64,000 nt of DNA from Deinococcota bacterium (lineage in GTDB: Bacteria; Deinococcota; Deinococci; Deinococcales; Thermaceae): positions 1 to 64,000 of the forward strand of contig JBGFRI010000035.1 in assembly GCA_041695225.1 (NCBI GenBank), written 5' to 3'. Both the position numbers and the translations under genes were made by a program. A model generated the notes under the pieces. The model worked only from the letters and a program-made list of their open reading frames with translations. It was not told where the DNA came from and did not search any database. Below are positions 18,001-27,910 of this stretch, in pieces; positions within the stretch are counted from its first letter, which is position 1; each line of letters starts with the position of its first letter.

Positions 18001-18212
18001 GGGGTATTCAGAAACTACCAGGGCACATACTCTCCCGAGGTGAACTTTCAGTGAGGACCGTAGCTCAAAGGGCGGCACCAAAACTCCCTCTCCCAAGCTT
18101 GGGAGAGGGTTGGGGTGAGGGTTGAATGAAGTCAAAGACAACATGGTTCGCTCCGCTCACCCCCCTCTCTTGGCCTATCTCACCAGGGTAGAGGAGATTT
18201 CTCAGACCACCT
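18001..18212 (+). mobile_element. MITE-like element copy 2
   Basis: GGGGTATTCAGAAA ... TTTCTCAGACCACCT flanked by CTAA/CTAG; shares the REP core and CATGGTTCGCT.CGCTCACCCCCCTC with copy 1. Confidence 0.7.
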
Positions 18213-18328
18213 CTAGCATGTGAGCGTGTTGGCCCGGACTCGCATACGCGACGCAACCGAAATGCAACCTGGATAGGTTATCCGGCGGCTATAATCCTGA
18301 TAGGCTAGCTAAGTCAAAAGGAGGTCAT

Positions 18329-19723
18329 GTGTTAGCAGAAGTACTGGTCGAAGATGTGTTGCGCCGGGCTCTACTCGGTGGGGTAGACCATGCTGAACTT
18401 TATGTGGAGCGCTGGCGACGGCGGAGATTGCGGGTGCTTTCTGGTGAGGTCAAAGAAGCCGCCAGCGGAATTGAATATGGGGCCGGGCTACGCCTGTTTT
18501 ATGGAACAGAGGTGGTGTATGCCTACACCAACGACCTGAGCCCCCAGAGCCTGCTCGAGCTGACCGAGACCATGCTCAAACTCAAGGGCAGCGCCGGCCA
18601 GGTGGATAGCAGCGGCAAGGGCGGGCTCGACTTTCGCAAAGCCACTGCTCAGGGGCTGCACTCGCCCGAAATTCCCTTTACTGCCAGGGACAAGCGCTAC
18701 CGCCTGGAGCGCATCCGCGAGGCCGAGGCCGGGGCCCAGGTAGGGCCGCAGATCAAGCAGGTCGAGACCAGCCTGCTGGAGTGGGACCAGGAAATTTTGG
18801 TCGCCACCAGCGAGGGGAGGTGGGCCGAAGACCGCCGGGTGCGCACCCGCCTGGTGGTTACCGCAATTGCCCAGGACGAGAGCGGGATGCAGACCGGGGT
18901 GGTGGCGCCGGGTCTCTCGATGGGCCTCGAGCTCCTCGACCAACACCCACCCGCCGAGGTTGGGCGCACCGCGGGCCTTCAGGCCCTCACCAACCTGCGG
19001 GCCAAGCCCGCCCCGGCCGGCACCATGCCGGTGGTAATTGGCAACGGCTTTGGCGGGGTGATCTTCCACGAGGCCCTAGGACACCTCCTGGAAACCACCT
19101 CGGTTGCCAAGAAAACCAGCGTACTCTCCGACAGGCTGGGTGAAAAAGTGGCCTCCGACTGCGTGACCTACATTGACGACGGCACCACCCCCCACGGCTG
19201 GGGCTCGCAGGAGTTCGACGACGAAGGCATGGCCACCGAGCGTACCGTCCTGATCGAGAATGGGGTGCTGACGAGCTACATGGTAGACAGGCTGGGGAGT
19301 ATGCTCACCGGCTACCGTCCTACCGGCTCGGGCCGCCGACAGGACTATACCTTTGCCCCCACCTCGCGCATGCGCAACACCTTCATTGCCCCTGGCACTA
19401 CCCCCAAACAAAAACTTTTCGAGGGCGTGGAGTACGGCCTCTACGCCGCCGATATGGGGGGCGGGCAGGTGCGGCCTGGTTCCGGTGAGTACAACTTTGC
19501 GGTAAAAGAGGGCTATATCATCCGCAAAGGGCGGATAGAAGAACCGGTGCGGGGCGCCATGCTGGTGGGCAAAGGCCCGGACAGCATCATGAAAATTGTG
19601 GCGGTCTCGGACGACCTGCAGACCGGGGCCGGTATGTGCGGCTCGCTCTCGGGCGCCATCCCCACCGAGGTTGGGCAGCCTCATCTACTCATCTCGGAGA
19701 TTGTGGTGGGGGGACAAGCGTAA
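18329..19723 (+). CDS. tldD: TldD metalloprotease subunit
   Basis: HEALGH zinc motif, FDDEG, GSGRRQ, SRMRNT, GMCG. Confidence 0.92.
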   Translation: MLAEVLVEDVLRRALLGGVDHAELYVERWRRRRLRVLSGEVKEAASGIEYGAGLRLFYGTEVVYAYTNDLSPQSLLELTETMLKLKGSAGQVDSSGKGGLDFRKATAQGLHSPEIPFTARDKRYRLERIREAEAGAQVGPQIKQVETSLLEWDQEILVATSEGRWAEDRRVRTRLVVTAIAQDESGMQTGVVAPGLSMGLELLDQHPPAEVGRTAGLQALTNLRAKPAPAGTMPVVIGNGFGGVIFHEALGHLLETTSVAKKTSVLSDRLGEKVASDCVTYIDDGTTPHGWGSQEFDDEGMATERTVLIENGVLTSYMVDRLGSMLTGYRPTGSGRRQDYTFAPTSRMRNTFIAPGTTPKQKLFEGVEYGLYAADMGGGQVRPGSGEYNFAVKEGYIIRKGRIEEPVRGAMLVGKGPDSIMKIVAVSDDLQTGAGMCGSLSGAIPTEVGQPHLLISEIVVGGQA

Positions 19724-19725
19724 AT

Positions 19726-19947
19726 GTCAAGGGCCGAGAGTCGAGGGTCAAGGGCAGAGAGTCTAGAGTCAAGGGTCGAGAGTCGAGGGTAATGGGTCGA
19801 GGGCAGAGGGTCGCGGGTCAAGGGCTAAGAGTAGAGAGCCTAGGGCGGGGGGTCTTGGGTTAGGGATGTAGTCATATGGCTCTCGACGCTCGACTTAAGT
19901 CCCTCGACCCACTTGCGACCTGCGACCTGTGACCTGAGACCTGTGAC
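19726..19947. repeat. Degenerate heptamer tandem repeats (GGTCGAG-type followed by complementary CTCGACC/GACCTG-type)
   Basis: gtcaagg gccgaga gtcgagg gtcaagg... then ctcgacgctcgac...gacctgcgacctgtgacctgagacctgtgac. Confidence 0.9.
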
Positions 19948-19958
19948 ATGGAGTGAGT

Positions 19959-21275
19959 ATGACTTTTGAAGAAGCCAGAGAATATTTACTGCAAAGAGCT
20001 AAAGCCATGGAAATTGACGCCGAGGTGCTGGCCACCTACACCCGTGAGTTGACCGTGCAGGCCCACGGCGGCAAGGTCGAAGAAATTACCCAGGCCACCC
20101 AGGGCGGGGTGGGGGTGCGGGTAGTGCTGGAGGGCAAAACCGGCTACGCCTACTCCGAGGAACGCACCCCCGCGGCCCTGGACTGGGTGCTGACCGAGGC
20201 CCACGAGAACGCCCTCTTGCAGTCGGAGACAGGGGGATTTTTGCCTGCTGGGGCTAACCTGGGACAGCACGACCTGCTGGGCGAGGGGCTTTCGGCGCCG
20301 CTGGAGCAAAAACGTCAGGCCGCGCTACAGGTGGAGTCGGCTTTGCGGGCCGACCCCCGCATGCGGCAGGTGCAGATGACCCGTTATACCGAGAACGAAA
20401 CCCTGGCAGCTCTTGGCTCGACCAGGGGGGTGGCGGGGGCCTACCGCAACGGGTACAGCGCGCTGATGGCTTATGCGGTGATGGGTGAGGGCAGCAGCCT
20501 TAAACAGGCTTTAGAGATAGAGCTCTCCAAGGAGTTCCACAGCCTCGAGCCGGGCCGCACCGCCCAGGAGTTTATTCAAAAGACCGGCCGCTTGCTGGGG
20601 GCCAGACCGCTCAAAACCGGGCGCTATCGGGCCTACTTCGAGCCTAAAGCTTTTGGGCAGCTGCTGGCGGTGATGGGGATGTTCATGCTCTCGGCCAAGA
20701 ACGTGCTCGAGGGTAAGAGCCTGCTTGCAGGCAAGGTTGGCCAGAAGATCGCCTCGGAGATCTTCACCCTGATAGACGACCCCACCCTGCCCGGTGGACT
20801 GGCCTCGCGCCCGTTCGATGCCGAGGGCAGTCCGGCCAGGCGCACCGTGCTAATCGAAAACGGCGTACTGCGAACCTTTGCCCATAACTCCGAGACCGCC
20901 CACAAAATGGGGGTCCAGAACACCGGTCACGCCGCGCGCAGCTACAAAGGGGTGCTGGGAGTCGCCCCCACCAACCTTTTTGTGGAGCCAGGCCAGGGGG
21001 TAAAGCAAAAAGATGGCATTGTGATTACCGACATGATGGGCCTGCACGCAGGGGCCAACCCCATCTCGGGCGAGTTTAGCCTTCAAGCCCTGGGCCTGAA
21101 GCTCGAGGGCGGCGAGGTGGCCTATCCGGTGGAAAACTTCACGGTAGCGGGGAGCTTTCTTGAGCTGCTCTTGAGCGTTACTGCCCTGGGTACCGAGCTT
21201 GAGTGGCATCCCTTGATGGGCATTGTTGGTTCGCCAATGGTAGAGGTGGCCGAGCTATCCTTTGCTGGCTCTTGA
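19959..21275 (+). CDS. pmbA: PmbA/TldE protease subunit
   Basis: TldD paralogue without HExxH; PFDAEG, TGHAAR, GANPISGEFS. Confidence 0.9.
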   Translation: MTFEEAREYLLQRAKAMEIDAEVLATYTRELTVQAHGGKVEEITQATQGGVGVRVVLEGKTGYAYSEERTPAALDWVLTEAHENALLQSETGGFLPAGANLGQHDLLGEGLSAPLEQKRQAALQVESALRADPRMRQVQMTRYTENETLAALGSTRGVAGAYRNGYSALMAYAVMGEGSSLKQALEIELSKEFHSLEPGRTAQEFIQKTGRLLGARPLKTGRYRAYFEPKAFGQLLAVMGMFMLSAKNVLEGKSLLAGKVGQKIASEIFTLIDDPTLPGGLASRPFDAEGSPARRTVLIENGVLRTFAHNSETAHKMGVQNTGHAARSYKGVLGVAPTNLFVEPGQGVKQKDGIVITDMMGLHAGANPISGEFSLQALGLKLEGGEVAYPVENFTVAGSFLELLLSVTALGTELEWHPLMGIVGSPMVEVAELSFAGS

Positions 21276-21307
21276 ACAAACCGCAATAGATTCCGGTAGA
21301 GCTTGGC

Positions 21308-21520
21308 TCCCGACGAATGACGCTCGACTTTAGACCCTCGCCTACCTGCGACATTCTATTAGCCGATAGCTGATAGCCCATAGCTGATAGCTTTTGACCC
21401 TTGACCCTCGACCTTTGCCTCGAGACCTGCCACCTGGGACTTGCGACTGACCTTTGACCCGCGACCTTCGACTTCAGACCTTCGACTAGCGTCTGACCTG
21501 CGACCTGAGACCAGCGACTC
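21308..21520. repeat. Heptamer tandem repeats (GCTGATA and GACCTTC types)
   Basis: gccgata gctgata gcccata gctgata; ttgaccc ttgaccc tcgacct; gaccttc gacttca gaccttc. Confidence 0.9.
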
Positions 21521-21606
21521 TGCCAGGCCCTGCCCCGCGGGTGTGGCTGGCATTCTTACTCGTAGGTGGCGCGGCCTGATTGTTTAGAATGATCTGTGGT
21601 GAGGGC

Positions 21607-22614
21607 GTGAGCAAAAGTTACAGGATTTGTCTGATTGAAGGCGACGGCATCGGTCACGAAGTGATTCCGGCGGCCAGGCGGGTACTCGAGGCTACCGGGC
21701 TCAAGCTCGAGTTTATTGAGGCCCAGGCCGGCTGGGAGACCTTTGAGCGAACTGGCGTATCGGTGCCGGAAGAGACCCTGGGTGCCATAACCCAGACCGA
21801 TGCCACGCTCTTTGGCGCGGCTACCAGCCCTACCACAAAGATTCCGGGTTTTTTTGGGGCCATCCGCTACATACGGCGCAGGCTGGATCTGTTTGCCAAC
21901 CTGCGCCCGGCCAAACACCGCCCTATACCAGGCTCCTGGCCTGGGGTTGACCTGATGGTGGTGCGCGAGAACACCGAAGGGCTGTATGTCGAGCAAGAGC
22001 GCAGCTACCTGGGGGGAGAGATAGCTATTGCCGACACAGTTATCACCCGCAAAGCCAGCGCCCGTATCGGTGCGTACGCGGCCCGACTGGCTGCTACCCG
22101 CCCGCGCAAGCAGCTTCACGTGGCCCACAAAGCCAATGTGCTACCCATTACCCAGGGTTTGTTCCTTAACACCGCGCTGGAGGAGGCCGCCCGGTTTCCC
22201 GAGATCGAAACCCTCGAGATTATTATTGACAACTGCGCCATGCAGCTGGTGCGAAACCCCGAGCGCTTTGATGTGATTGTGACCACCAACCTGTTTGGTG
22301 ACATCATTTCCGACCTCACTGCCGGGCTGGTGGGCGGGCTGGGCGTCGCGGCCAGCGGCAACATTGGCAACCGGCATGCGGTTTTTGAGCCAGTACATGG
22401 CAGCGCGCCGGACATCGCCGGCCAGGGCATCGCCAACCCGGTTGCCGCCATCCTGTCGGCAGCGATGATGCTTGAGTACCTGGGTGAACCCGAAACTGCC
22501 CGCAGGGTAGAAGCAGCCGTAGACACTGTCTTGAAGCAAGGCCCCCGCACCCCCGATATGGGCGGCATTGCCACCACCTTGCAGCTTGGCGAGGCGGTCG
22601 CCAGGGCTTTGTGA
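21607..22614 (+). CDS. hicdh: Homoisocitrate dehydrogenase (AAA lysine pathway)
   Basis: [28 protein letters not shown] and [16 protein letters not shown] closely resemble Thermus [17 protein letters not shown]. Confidence 0.88.
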   Translation: MSKSYRICLIEGDGIGHEVIPAARRVLEATGLKLEFIEAQAGWETFERTGVSVPEETLGAITQTDATLFGAATSPTTKIPGFFGAIRYIRRRLDLFANLRPAKHRPIPGSWPGVDLMVVRENTEGLYVEQERSYLGGEIAIADTVITRKASARIGAYAARLAATRPRKQLHVAHKANVLPITQGLFLNTALEEAARFPEIETLEIIIDNCAMQLVRNPERFDVIVTTNLFGDIISDLTAGLVGGLGVAASGNIGNRHAVFEPVHGSAPDIAGQGIANPVAAILSAAMMLEYLGEPETARRVEAAVDTVLKQGPRTPDMGGIATTLQLGEAVARAL

Positions 22615-22854
22615 GAAGCCGCAATTCCTCAGACCTCACTTGCGCACTGTGCCTAAACAATTAGAATAGGTCATAATAAAGCCCATCTCGGCGCAGCATG
22701 GCCTGGTCCCGGGTCTTTAGGTTAAGGAGCAATGGTCAAATGCACCATCGCAAGGTTAAGGCCTAGGCTAAAGTGGTCAGTATGACCGCTGATACGCAGA
22801 TTTATCATGCTATACTTTCACCTAGTTTGAGATTTATATGGGAAAGGGGGCAGC

Positions 22855-23991
22855 GTGCGTGAGTTTTTTGGCGGATTGCTAAGACCCAGGGTCGAGGCGG
22901 TTGGTCTTGAGATTGGATCGGCCAACATCAAGATGGTCGAGCTGTCCGGAACTCCCCCGAGCCTGAGAAACCTGAGCATCAGGCCCACACCTCCCGGGGT
23001 TGTTCTGGAGGGCTCGATAATCGAGCCGGGCGCTCTGGTCGATACCATCAAAGAGATGCTGGCCGAAATGCGCACACGCAAGCGTTATGTGGTAACGGCG
23101 GCCAGCAACCTGGCGGTCATTACCAGAACCTTGCAGGTGCCCAAGATGCCCCTCAAACAGATGGAAGAGGCCGTGCGCTGGGAGGCCGAGCGCTACATCC
23201 CCTTCCCGATAGACGAGGTGGTACTGGACTACGCGCCTTTGGACCAGCTCGAGGCTGTTCCAGATGGCGAGCAGATGGATGTAGTAGTGGGGGCGGCCCG
23301 GCAAGAGACCGTGGCCAGCCTGGTCGAGGCCCTGAAAGCTGTCGGCCTGGAGCCGCTCATTATTGACGTGAAGCCCTTTGCCGGGTTGCGCACTCTGGAT
23401 AACCGGTTGCGGGCCAGTGACCGTGAGCCTATTACACTGTTTCTGGAGGTTGGAGCCGAGTCCTCGGCCCTGGTGCTCACACGTGGCGAGCGGCTGCTGC
23501 TGAACCGCGTGATTAACCTCTCTGGCAAAGACTTCACCGCCGCCATCTCCAAGACCTTCAACCTCGACTTTGCGGCGGCCGAGGAGGCCAAGAGGAATTA
23601 CGGCCTGGCCACCATTCCCACCGAAGACGAAGACCTGCTGCTGGACTTTGACGCCGAGCGCGAGCGCTTCAACCCCGCCCGTATGTACGATGCGATCCGG
23701 CCGGTGCTGGTCGAGCTTACCACCGAGCTGCGCCGAAGCCTGGAGTTCTTCCGGGTGCAGGTGGGCGACCTGGGAGTGGATCAGGGCTTTGTGGCTGGCG
23801 GGGGGAGCAAACTACGCAGTCTGGTGCCGCTGCTGGCCGATACGCTGGGTATTCCACTGGAAGTCGCCGACCCCTGGCAGGGTATCCAGATTGACAAGAG
23901 CCGCTTTGATCTGGAGTACCTGCGCAGCCTATCGCCGGAATTCACTGTGCCGGTGGGTCTGGCGCTAAGGGGGGTGAACGCACTTGATTAA
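22855..23991 (+). CDS. pilM: Type IV pilus assembly protein PilM
   Basis: VGLEIGSANIK, EAERYIPFPIDEV, actin-like fold motifs. Confidence 0.95.
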   Translation: MREFFGGLLRPRVEAVGLEIGSANIKMVELSGTPPSLRNLSIRPTPPGVVLEGSIIEPGALVDTIKEMLAEMRTRKRYVVTAASNLAVITRTLQVPKMPLKQMEEAVRWEAERYIPFPIDEVVLDYAPLDQLEAVPDGEQMDVVVGAARQETVASLVEALKAVGLEPLIIDVKPFAGLRTLDNRLRASDREPITLFLEVGAESSALVLTRGERLLLNRVINLSGKDFTAAISKTFNLDFAAAEEAKRNYGLATIPTEDEDLLLDFDAERERFNPARMYDAIRPVLVELTTELRRSLEFFRVQVGDLGVDQGFVAGGGSKLRSLVPLLADTLGIPLEVADPWQGIQIDKSRFDLEYLRSLSPEFTVPVGLALRGVNALD

Positions 23992-24649
23992 ACTCAACCT
24001 CCTACCCAAAAACCTGCGTCGCCGGGTCGAGCCCGGCTGGTGGCGGTTAGCCGCCGCCGCTGTGGTCTTGGCAGTGCTGGGTGCAGTGGCTTTCCTGCAT
24101 CTGTCCACGCTGACGCAGGTACAAGCCCTGGAACACCAGCGAGACCAGTTGCAGCTTGAAGTAGATGTACTGCGCCCTTTTATTGCTGAACAAAACCGGC
24201 TCAATCAGCAGCAGCGCGAACTCGAGCAGCTGCTCGCGGTGCGAAACCAGCTGCGCGAACGCTTTGTGCCCTGGTCAGACAATCTGGCCCAGGTCATCAA
24301 CCAGATCCCGCGGGAGGGCCGTCGCTTTGGGGTCGCCCTGCGTAGCATTGGTACCAGGGCCCTCACCCCACAAGAGACCCAGAACAATGTGCAAAACGGT
24401 GTTTATGACGGCAAACCGGTCAACGTGGAGTTTACTCTTCAAGGCGAAGCCATCGGCCAGGGCGCCCTGATTCGCTTTGTCGAAGCCTTCGAGAACTCGC
24501 CTCGATTTGGCATAAACTTCCAGAACGCCAGCCTCGACCAGCAGCGGCAGCTCTACACTTTTGGGGCCACGGTGGGCCTGATCAACCAGACCCAGGCCGC
24601 CGCCAACAATCCTACAGGAGGTGAAGGCAATGGTAGCCCTTCTCGCTAG
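23984..24649 (+). CDS. pilN: Type IV pilus assembly protein PilN
   Basis: IKLNLLP PilM-binding motif, TM, coiled coil. Confidence 0.93.
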   Translation: MIKLNLLPKNLRRRVEPGWWRLAAAAVVLAVLGAVAFLHLSTLTQVQALEHQRDQLQLEVDVLRPFIAEQNRLNQQQRELEQLLAVRNQLRERFVPWSDNLAQVINQIPREGRRFGVALRSIGTRALTPQETQNNVQNGVYDGKPVNVEFTLQGEAIGQGALIRFVEAFENSPRFGINFQNASLDQQRQLYTFGATVGLINQTQAAANNPTGGEGNGSPSR

Positions 24650-25268
24650 AATGGGCCAGCGTGAGTGGGCCATTGTCGCCATTGCGGTGGCCCTGCTGCT
24701 AGGCTTGATGTGGTTCTTTCTGGTAATCCAGCCCCTGCAAAGCCTCATCCCCCAGATTCAGGCCGAAGTTGATCGCCTGACCATCGAGCGTGATCGGGGC
24801 CGTGCGGCCCAACGTGCTCTGCCCCAACTGCGCGAGACCATCGCTCGCCTGGATGCCGACCGGCAGCAGTTCCTGCGCGAACTGCCCCCTACCGAACAGC
24901 TGGGCCGGGTACTCGCGTCGCTCTCGCAACAGGCCCGCGAGAGCGGGGTGGTTTTGCGCGCCCTTAGCCGCGGCGCAGGTGACAACCAGGGTGTGGCCAA
25001 TGTGCGAGCCACCAACCTGGCCCTGCAGGTCGAGTCTCCCTTTCCCGAGCTGTATGTGTTTTTGCGAAACCTCGAGAACTTACAGCGTTTCGCCACCGTC
25101 TCTGGTCTGAACCTCACTCTTGGGGGTGGCGGGCCTGCCGAGACCGTGGCCCAGGCCATCAACCCCACCATCAACACCAGCCTGACCATGACGGTGTTTA
25201 CCTTTACTGGGCAGGCCCAGCCCGCAGCGCCAGCAGGTCAGCCCGGCCAGCCCGGAGGTCGGCCATGA
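24630..25268 (+). CDS. pilO: Type IV pilus assembly protein PilO
   Basis: TM + coiled coil, RELP, operon position. Confidence 0.9.
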   Translation: MVALLARMGQREWAIVAIAVALLLGLMWFFLVIQPLQSLIPQIQAEVDRLTIERDRGRAAQRALPQLRETIARLDADRQQFLRELPPTEQLGRVLASLSQQARESGVVLRALSRGAGDNQGVANVRATNLALQVESPFPELYVFLRNLENLQRFATVSGLNLTLGGGGPAETVAQAINPTINTSLTMTVFTFTGQAQPAAPAGQPGQPGGRP

Positions 25269-26272
25269 ACTTCCTGCAGCGCATGCCACAATCGGCCAAG
25301 GTGGCCCTGGTGGCTGCCTTGCTGGTAGGTGCGGTGGCCACCTGGTATCTGGCCTTTTTCCGCCCAGCTCAGCTAGCTGAGCAGCCGGTTACCCCAACAC
25401 CCGCCCCTGCCCAACCAGGAGCCGCCCCGGTTGCTCCTCCCGTGACCGCCAGACCACTCGAAGTGCTTCCACTGCCTTTCCTGGTTACAGAAGCGCCCCG
25501 CCCAGTTGACCAGGGTGTCCTGGGGCAGGCTGATGCCATAGCCCTGGCCCGCCCCCGGATAACAGTACCGCCCAACCCTTTTGTACCGCTGGTTGTGGAG
25601 ACCGTTTCCCCTGCCGTAGCCCAGCCCCCTACCCCCCCGGTGGCGCCGCAGCCTATCCCCAGACAGGCTGCCCAGGTGCAGGTGCGTCAACCCATCGCAG
25701 CGCTGCCACGCCCCGGCCTGCCAGGCGACAGGCCCGCTCCAGGTGTCGCTGCACTAAGTGCGCCCATCGGACAGGCCCGCCTGGCCCAGGGTACTGCCCG
25801 CCCCGGCCTGCCCCGTGTGGCCGAGCTGGGTGTGGGTGCGCTGCCCATCCGGCTGGCGCCTTTAGACCGTGAATTGGCCGCCGACCCCGCCAGGACGGCG
25901 GCAGCCCTGGATCTGGAGAATCTGGAAACCGCGGCGGCAACTGCTGCCGGGGCGGACCTAGACTTTGCCCGGGCCGAGATTGGTGCCCGGCTTGCTCAGG
26001 TGCTTGAGCCCCGTACCAGCCTGGTCCCGGGCCAGCAGGCTGAACAAGAGAGCGCCCTGGCCCGCTGGGTACGGGAGCAGAACCTGAAGCTCTCGGGTGT
26101 GGTTCTTGGCCCCACCAGCGTGGCTATTTTCCAGAGCCGGGATGGTTTTACCGTGCTACCGGTAGGCCGCACACTTCCTGGTAGCGATGTGCTACTCAGA
26201 AGTCTGAGCGCCAACGAAGCCCTTTTGGTACAAGGTTCGGAAAGTCTGAACCTGACGATCACTACTCCTTAG
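25265..26272 (+). CDS. pilW: Thermus-type competence/pilus protein PilW
   Basis: Pro-rich, PNPFVPL and LSGVVLGP motifs, between pilO and pilQ as in Thermus pilMNOWQ. Confidence 0.8.
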   Translation: MNFLQRMPQSAKVALVAALLVGAVATWYLAFFRPAQLAEQPVTPTPAPAQPGAAPVAPPVTARPLEVLPLPFLVTEAPRPVDQGVLGQADAIALARPRITVPPNPFVPLVVETVSPAVAQPPTPPVAPQPIPRQAAQVQVRQPIAALPRPGLPGDRPAPGVAALSAPIGQARLAQGTARPGLPRVAELGVGALPIRLAPLDRELAADPARTAAALDLENLETAAATAAGADLDFARAEIGARLAQVLEPRTSLVPGQQAEQESALARWVREQNLKLSGVVLGPTSVAIFQSRDGFTVLPVGRTLPGSDVLLRSLSANEALLVQGSESLNLTITTP

Positions 26273-26288
26273 GCGGTGAATAGTGAAT

Positions 26289-27812
26289 ATGAAACGGTTT
26301 TTTGCCCTTCTGATCGTGCTGGGTCTGGCCCTGGCCCAGGGTAGCTTGCCACGGGATGCTCGTTTTGACCAGCCGGTAAGCAATGTTGGCGTCAACGTGC
26401 CGCTAACGGTTGTGCTCGATGCTCTGGCCCGTAGCGTTGGTCTTTCTCCGGTTTTGCGTGATGTGCCTACTGTAGCAGTCACCGCCGATATTGACGGGAG
26501 GCCTTTCCGCCAGGTCTGGGATCTGCTGATCAATACCTTTGGTGATGGGCGCATAACCTATGTCCTGCTTGAGAACAATGTGATTGTGGTGGGCCCCCGG
26601 GAAGTAGTGGAACGAGCACGGGGACCAGCCGCCCAGCCCGCCCCTCCGCCAGGCGAACCGGTGGTGCGGGAGTTTTACCAGGTGCGTACAGGCGATCCGG
26701 CAGCCCTGGCTGCGTTCATCCAGCAGGAAGTGCCTGGCATTACGGTGCGGGCAGTCCCCGGACAGAATGCTCTGGTTATCACCGGCACGGCCCGCCAGCA
26801 GGCCGAGGCCCTGGCCATCCTGCAACGCATTGATGTGCCTCGAGCCGCCGTGGCCCCTATTCCTGTGGTACAGAGGTCCTTTCCCCTCTCGCATGCGCGC
26901 GCCACCGAACTGGCCGAGGTGCTCACCAGGACCATTGCAGCCCAGGCTCAAGCCCCAGCAGCCCAGCCTCCGGGGCAGGCCGCGCCCGCCGCCCCTCAAG
27001 TGACGGTGGTGGCCGAACCCCGCACCAACACCATCATCGTGACCGGTACTGCCGAACATATTGCCCTGGTTGAGCGCCTGATTCCCACCCTGGACCGCCC
27101 CATTCAGCAGGTGCAGCTCCAAATTCGAGTACAGTCGGTGCATAGCGAGGTGTTTCGCAATCTGGGCATCCGCTGGGAAAACATCGCGGGCGGCAATCTG
27201 ATTGCCAGCTTCCTGCCTGCTGGCCTGAGCCTGATTTTTGATGCGACTCGCAGCCTGGCCTCGCTTAATATCCGGGCAGTGCTGGATGCCCTGGAACGCC
27301 AGCAGCTTTCCCGGCGCCTGAGTGACGCCACTGTTCTGGTTGAAGACAACTACGGCGCCGATCCCGGCGACCTGAGGGCCACCGGGGCCAGAGGGGCAGA
27401 GATCAAGGTAGGCGGGCGTCTCTTAATCCCGATTCGCATTGGCGATGAGGTCAGTGTGCGTGAGTTTGACTATGGACTGCTAATAAGGGCCCGTCCACAA
27501 ATAGCTGCCGATGGGAATATCATCCTCGAGGTTTTCACCCAGACCGGAGGTGACCCTGCCGCTGGCCCGGCGGATAGTATCCGCATCCCCCAGGAAACCA
27601 CCCTCTCCCGGCTGCGTTTGCGCGATGGCCAGACGGTGGTACTGGGCGGCCTGGTCCAGAAAGTTACCGAAACCACAGTGACCGGCATCCCTCTGCTCAG
27701 CGAGATCCCCATTCTGGGTGAGCTTTTCCGACAGCGCACCACCGCCACCAGGGACGAGGAGCTAATAGTAGTCATCACCGGTAATATTGTCAGAGAGACA
27801 GCACAGCGGTAA
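26289..27812 (+). CDS. pilQ: Secretin PilQ
   Basis: Signal peptide, N3-type domains, LRDGQTVVLGGL, IPLLSEIPILGELF. Confidence 0.93.
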   Translation: MKRFFALLIVLGLALAQGSLPRDARFDQPVSNVGVNVPLTVVLDALARSVGLSPVLRDVPTVAVTADIDGRPFRQVWDLLINTFGDGRITYVLLENNVIVVGPREVVERARGPAAQPAPPPGEPVVREFYQVRTGDPAALAAFIQQEVPGITVRAVPGQNALVITGTARQQAEALAILQRIDVPRAAVAPIPVVQRSFPLSHARATELAEVLTRTIAAQAQAPAAQPPGQAAPAAPQVTVVAEPRTNTIIVTGTAEHIALVERLIPTLDRPIQQVQLQIRVQSVHSEVFRNLGIRWENIAGGNLIASFLPAGLSLIFDATRSLASLNIRAVLDALERQQLSRRLSDATVLVEDNYGADPGDLRATGARGAEIKVGGRLLIPIRIGDEVSVREFDYGLLIRARPQIAADGNIILEVFTQTGGDPAAGPADSIRIPQETTLSRLRLRDGQTVVLGGLVQKVTETTVTGIPLLSEIPILGELFRQRTTATRDEELIVVITGNIVRETAQR

Positions 27813-27816
27813 TTAG

Positions 27817-27888
27817 TCTATGGTCTATAGTCTATGGTCGACTGACTAACGACTATGGACTATCGACTATTGACTATCGACTATGACC
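27817..27888. repeat. Inverted heptamer array (GTCTATG / GACTATC)
   Basis: gtctatg gtctata gtctatg gtc ... gactatg gactatc gactatt gactatc gactatg gac. Confidence 0.88.
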
Positions 27889-27910
27889 CAAGTTGTGCTA
27901 GATTCTGTTC

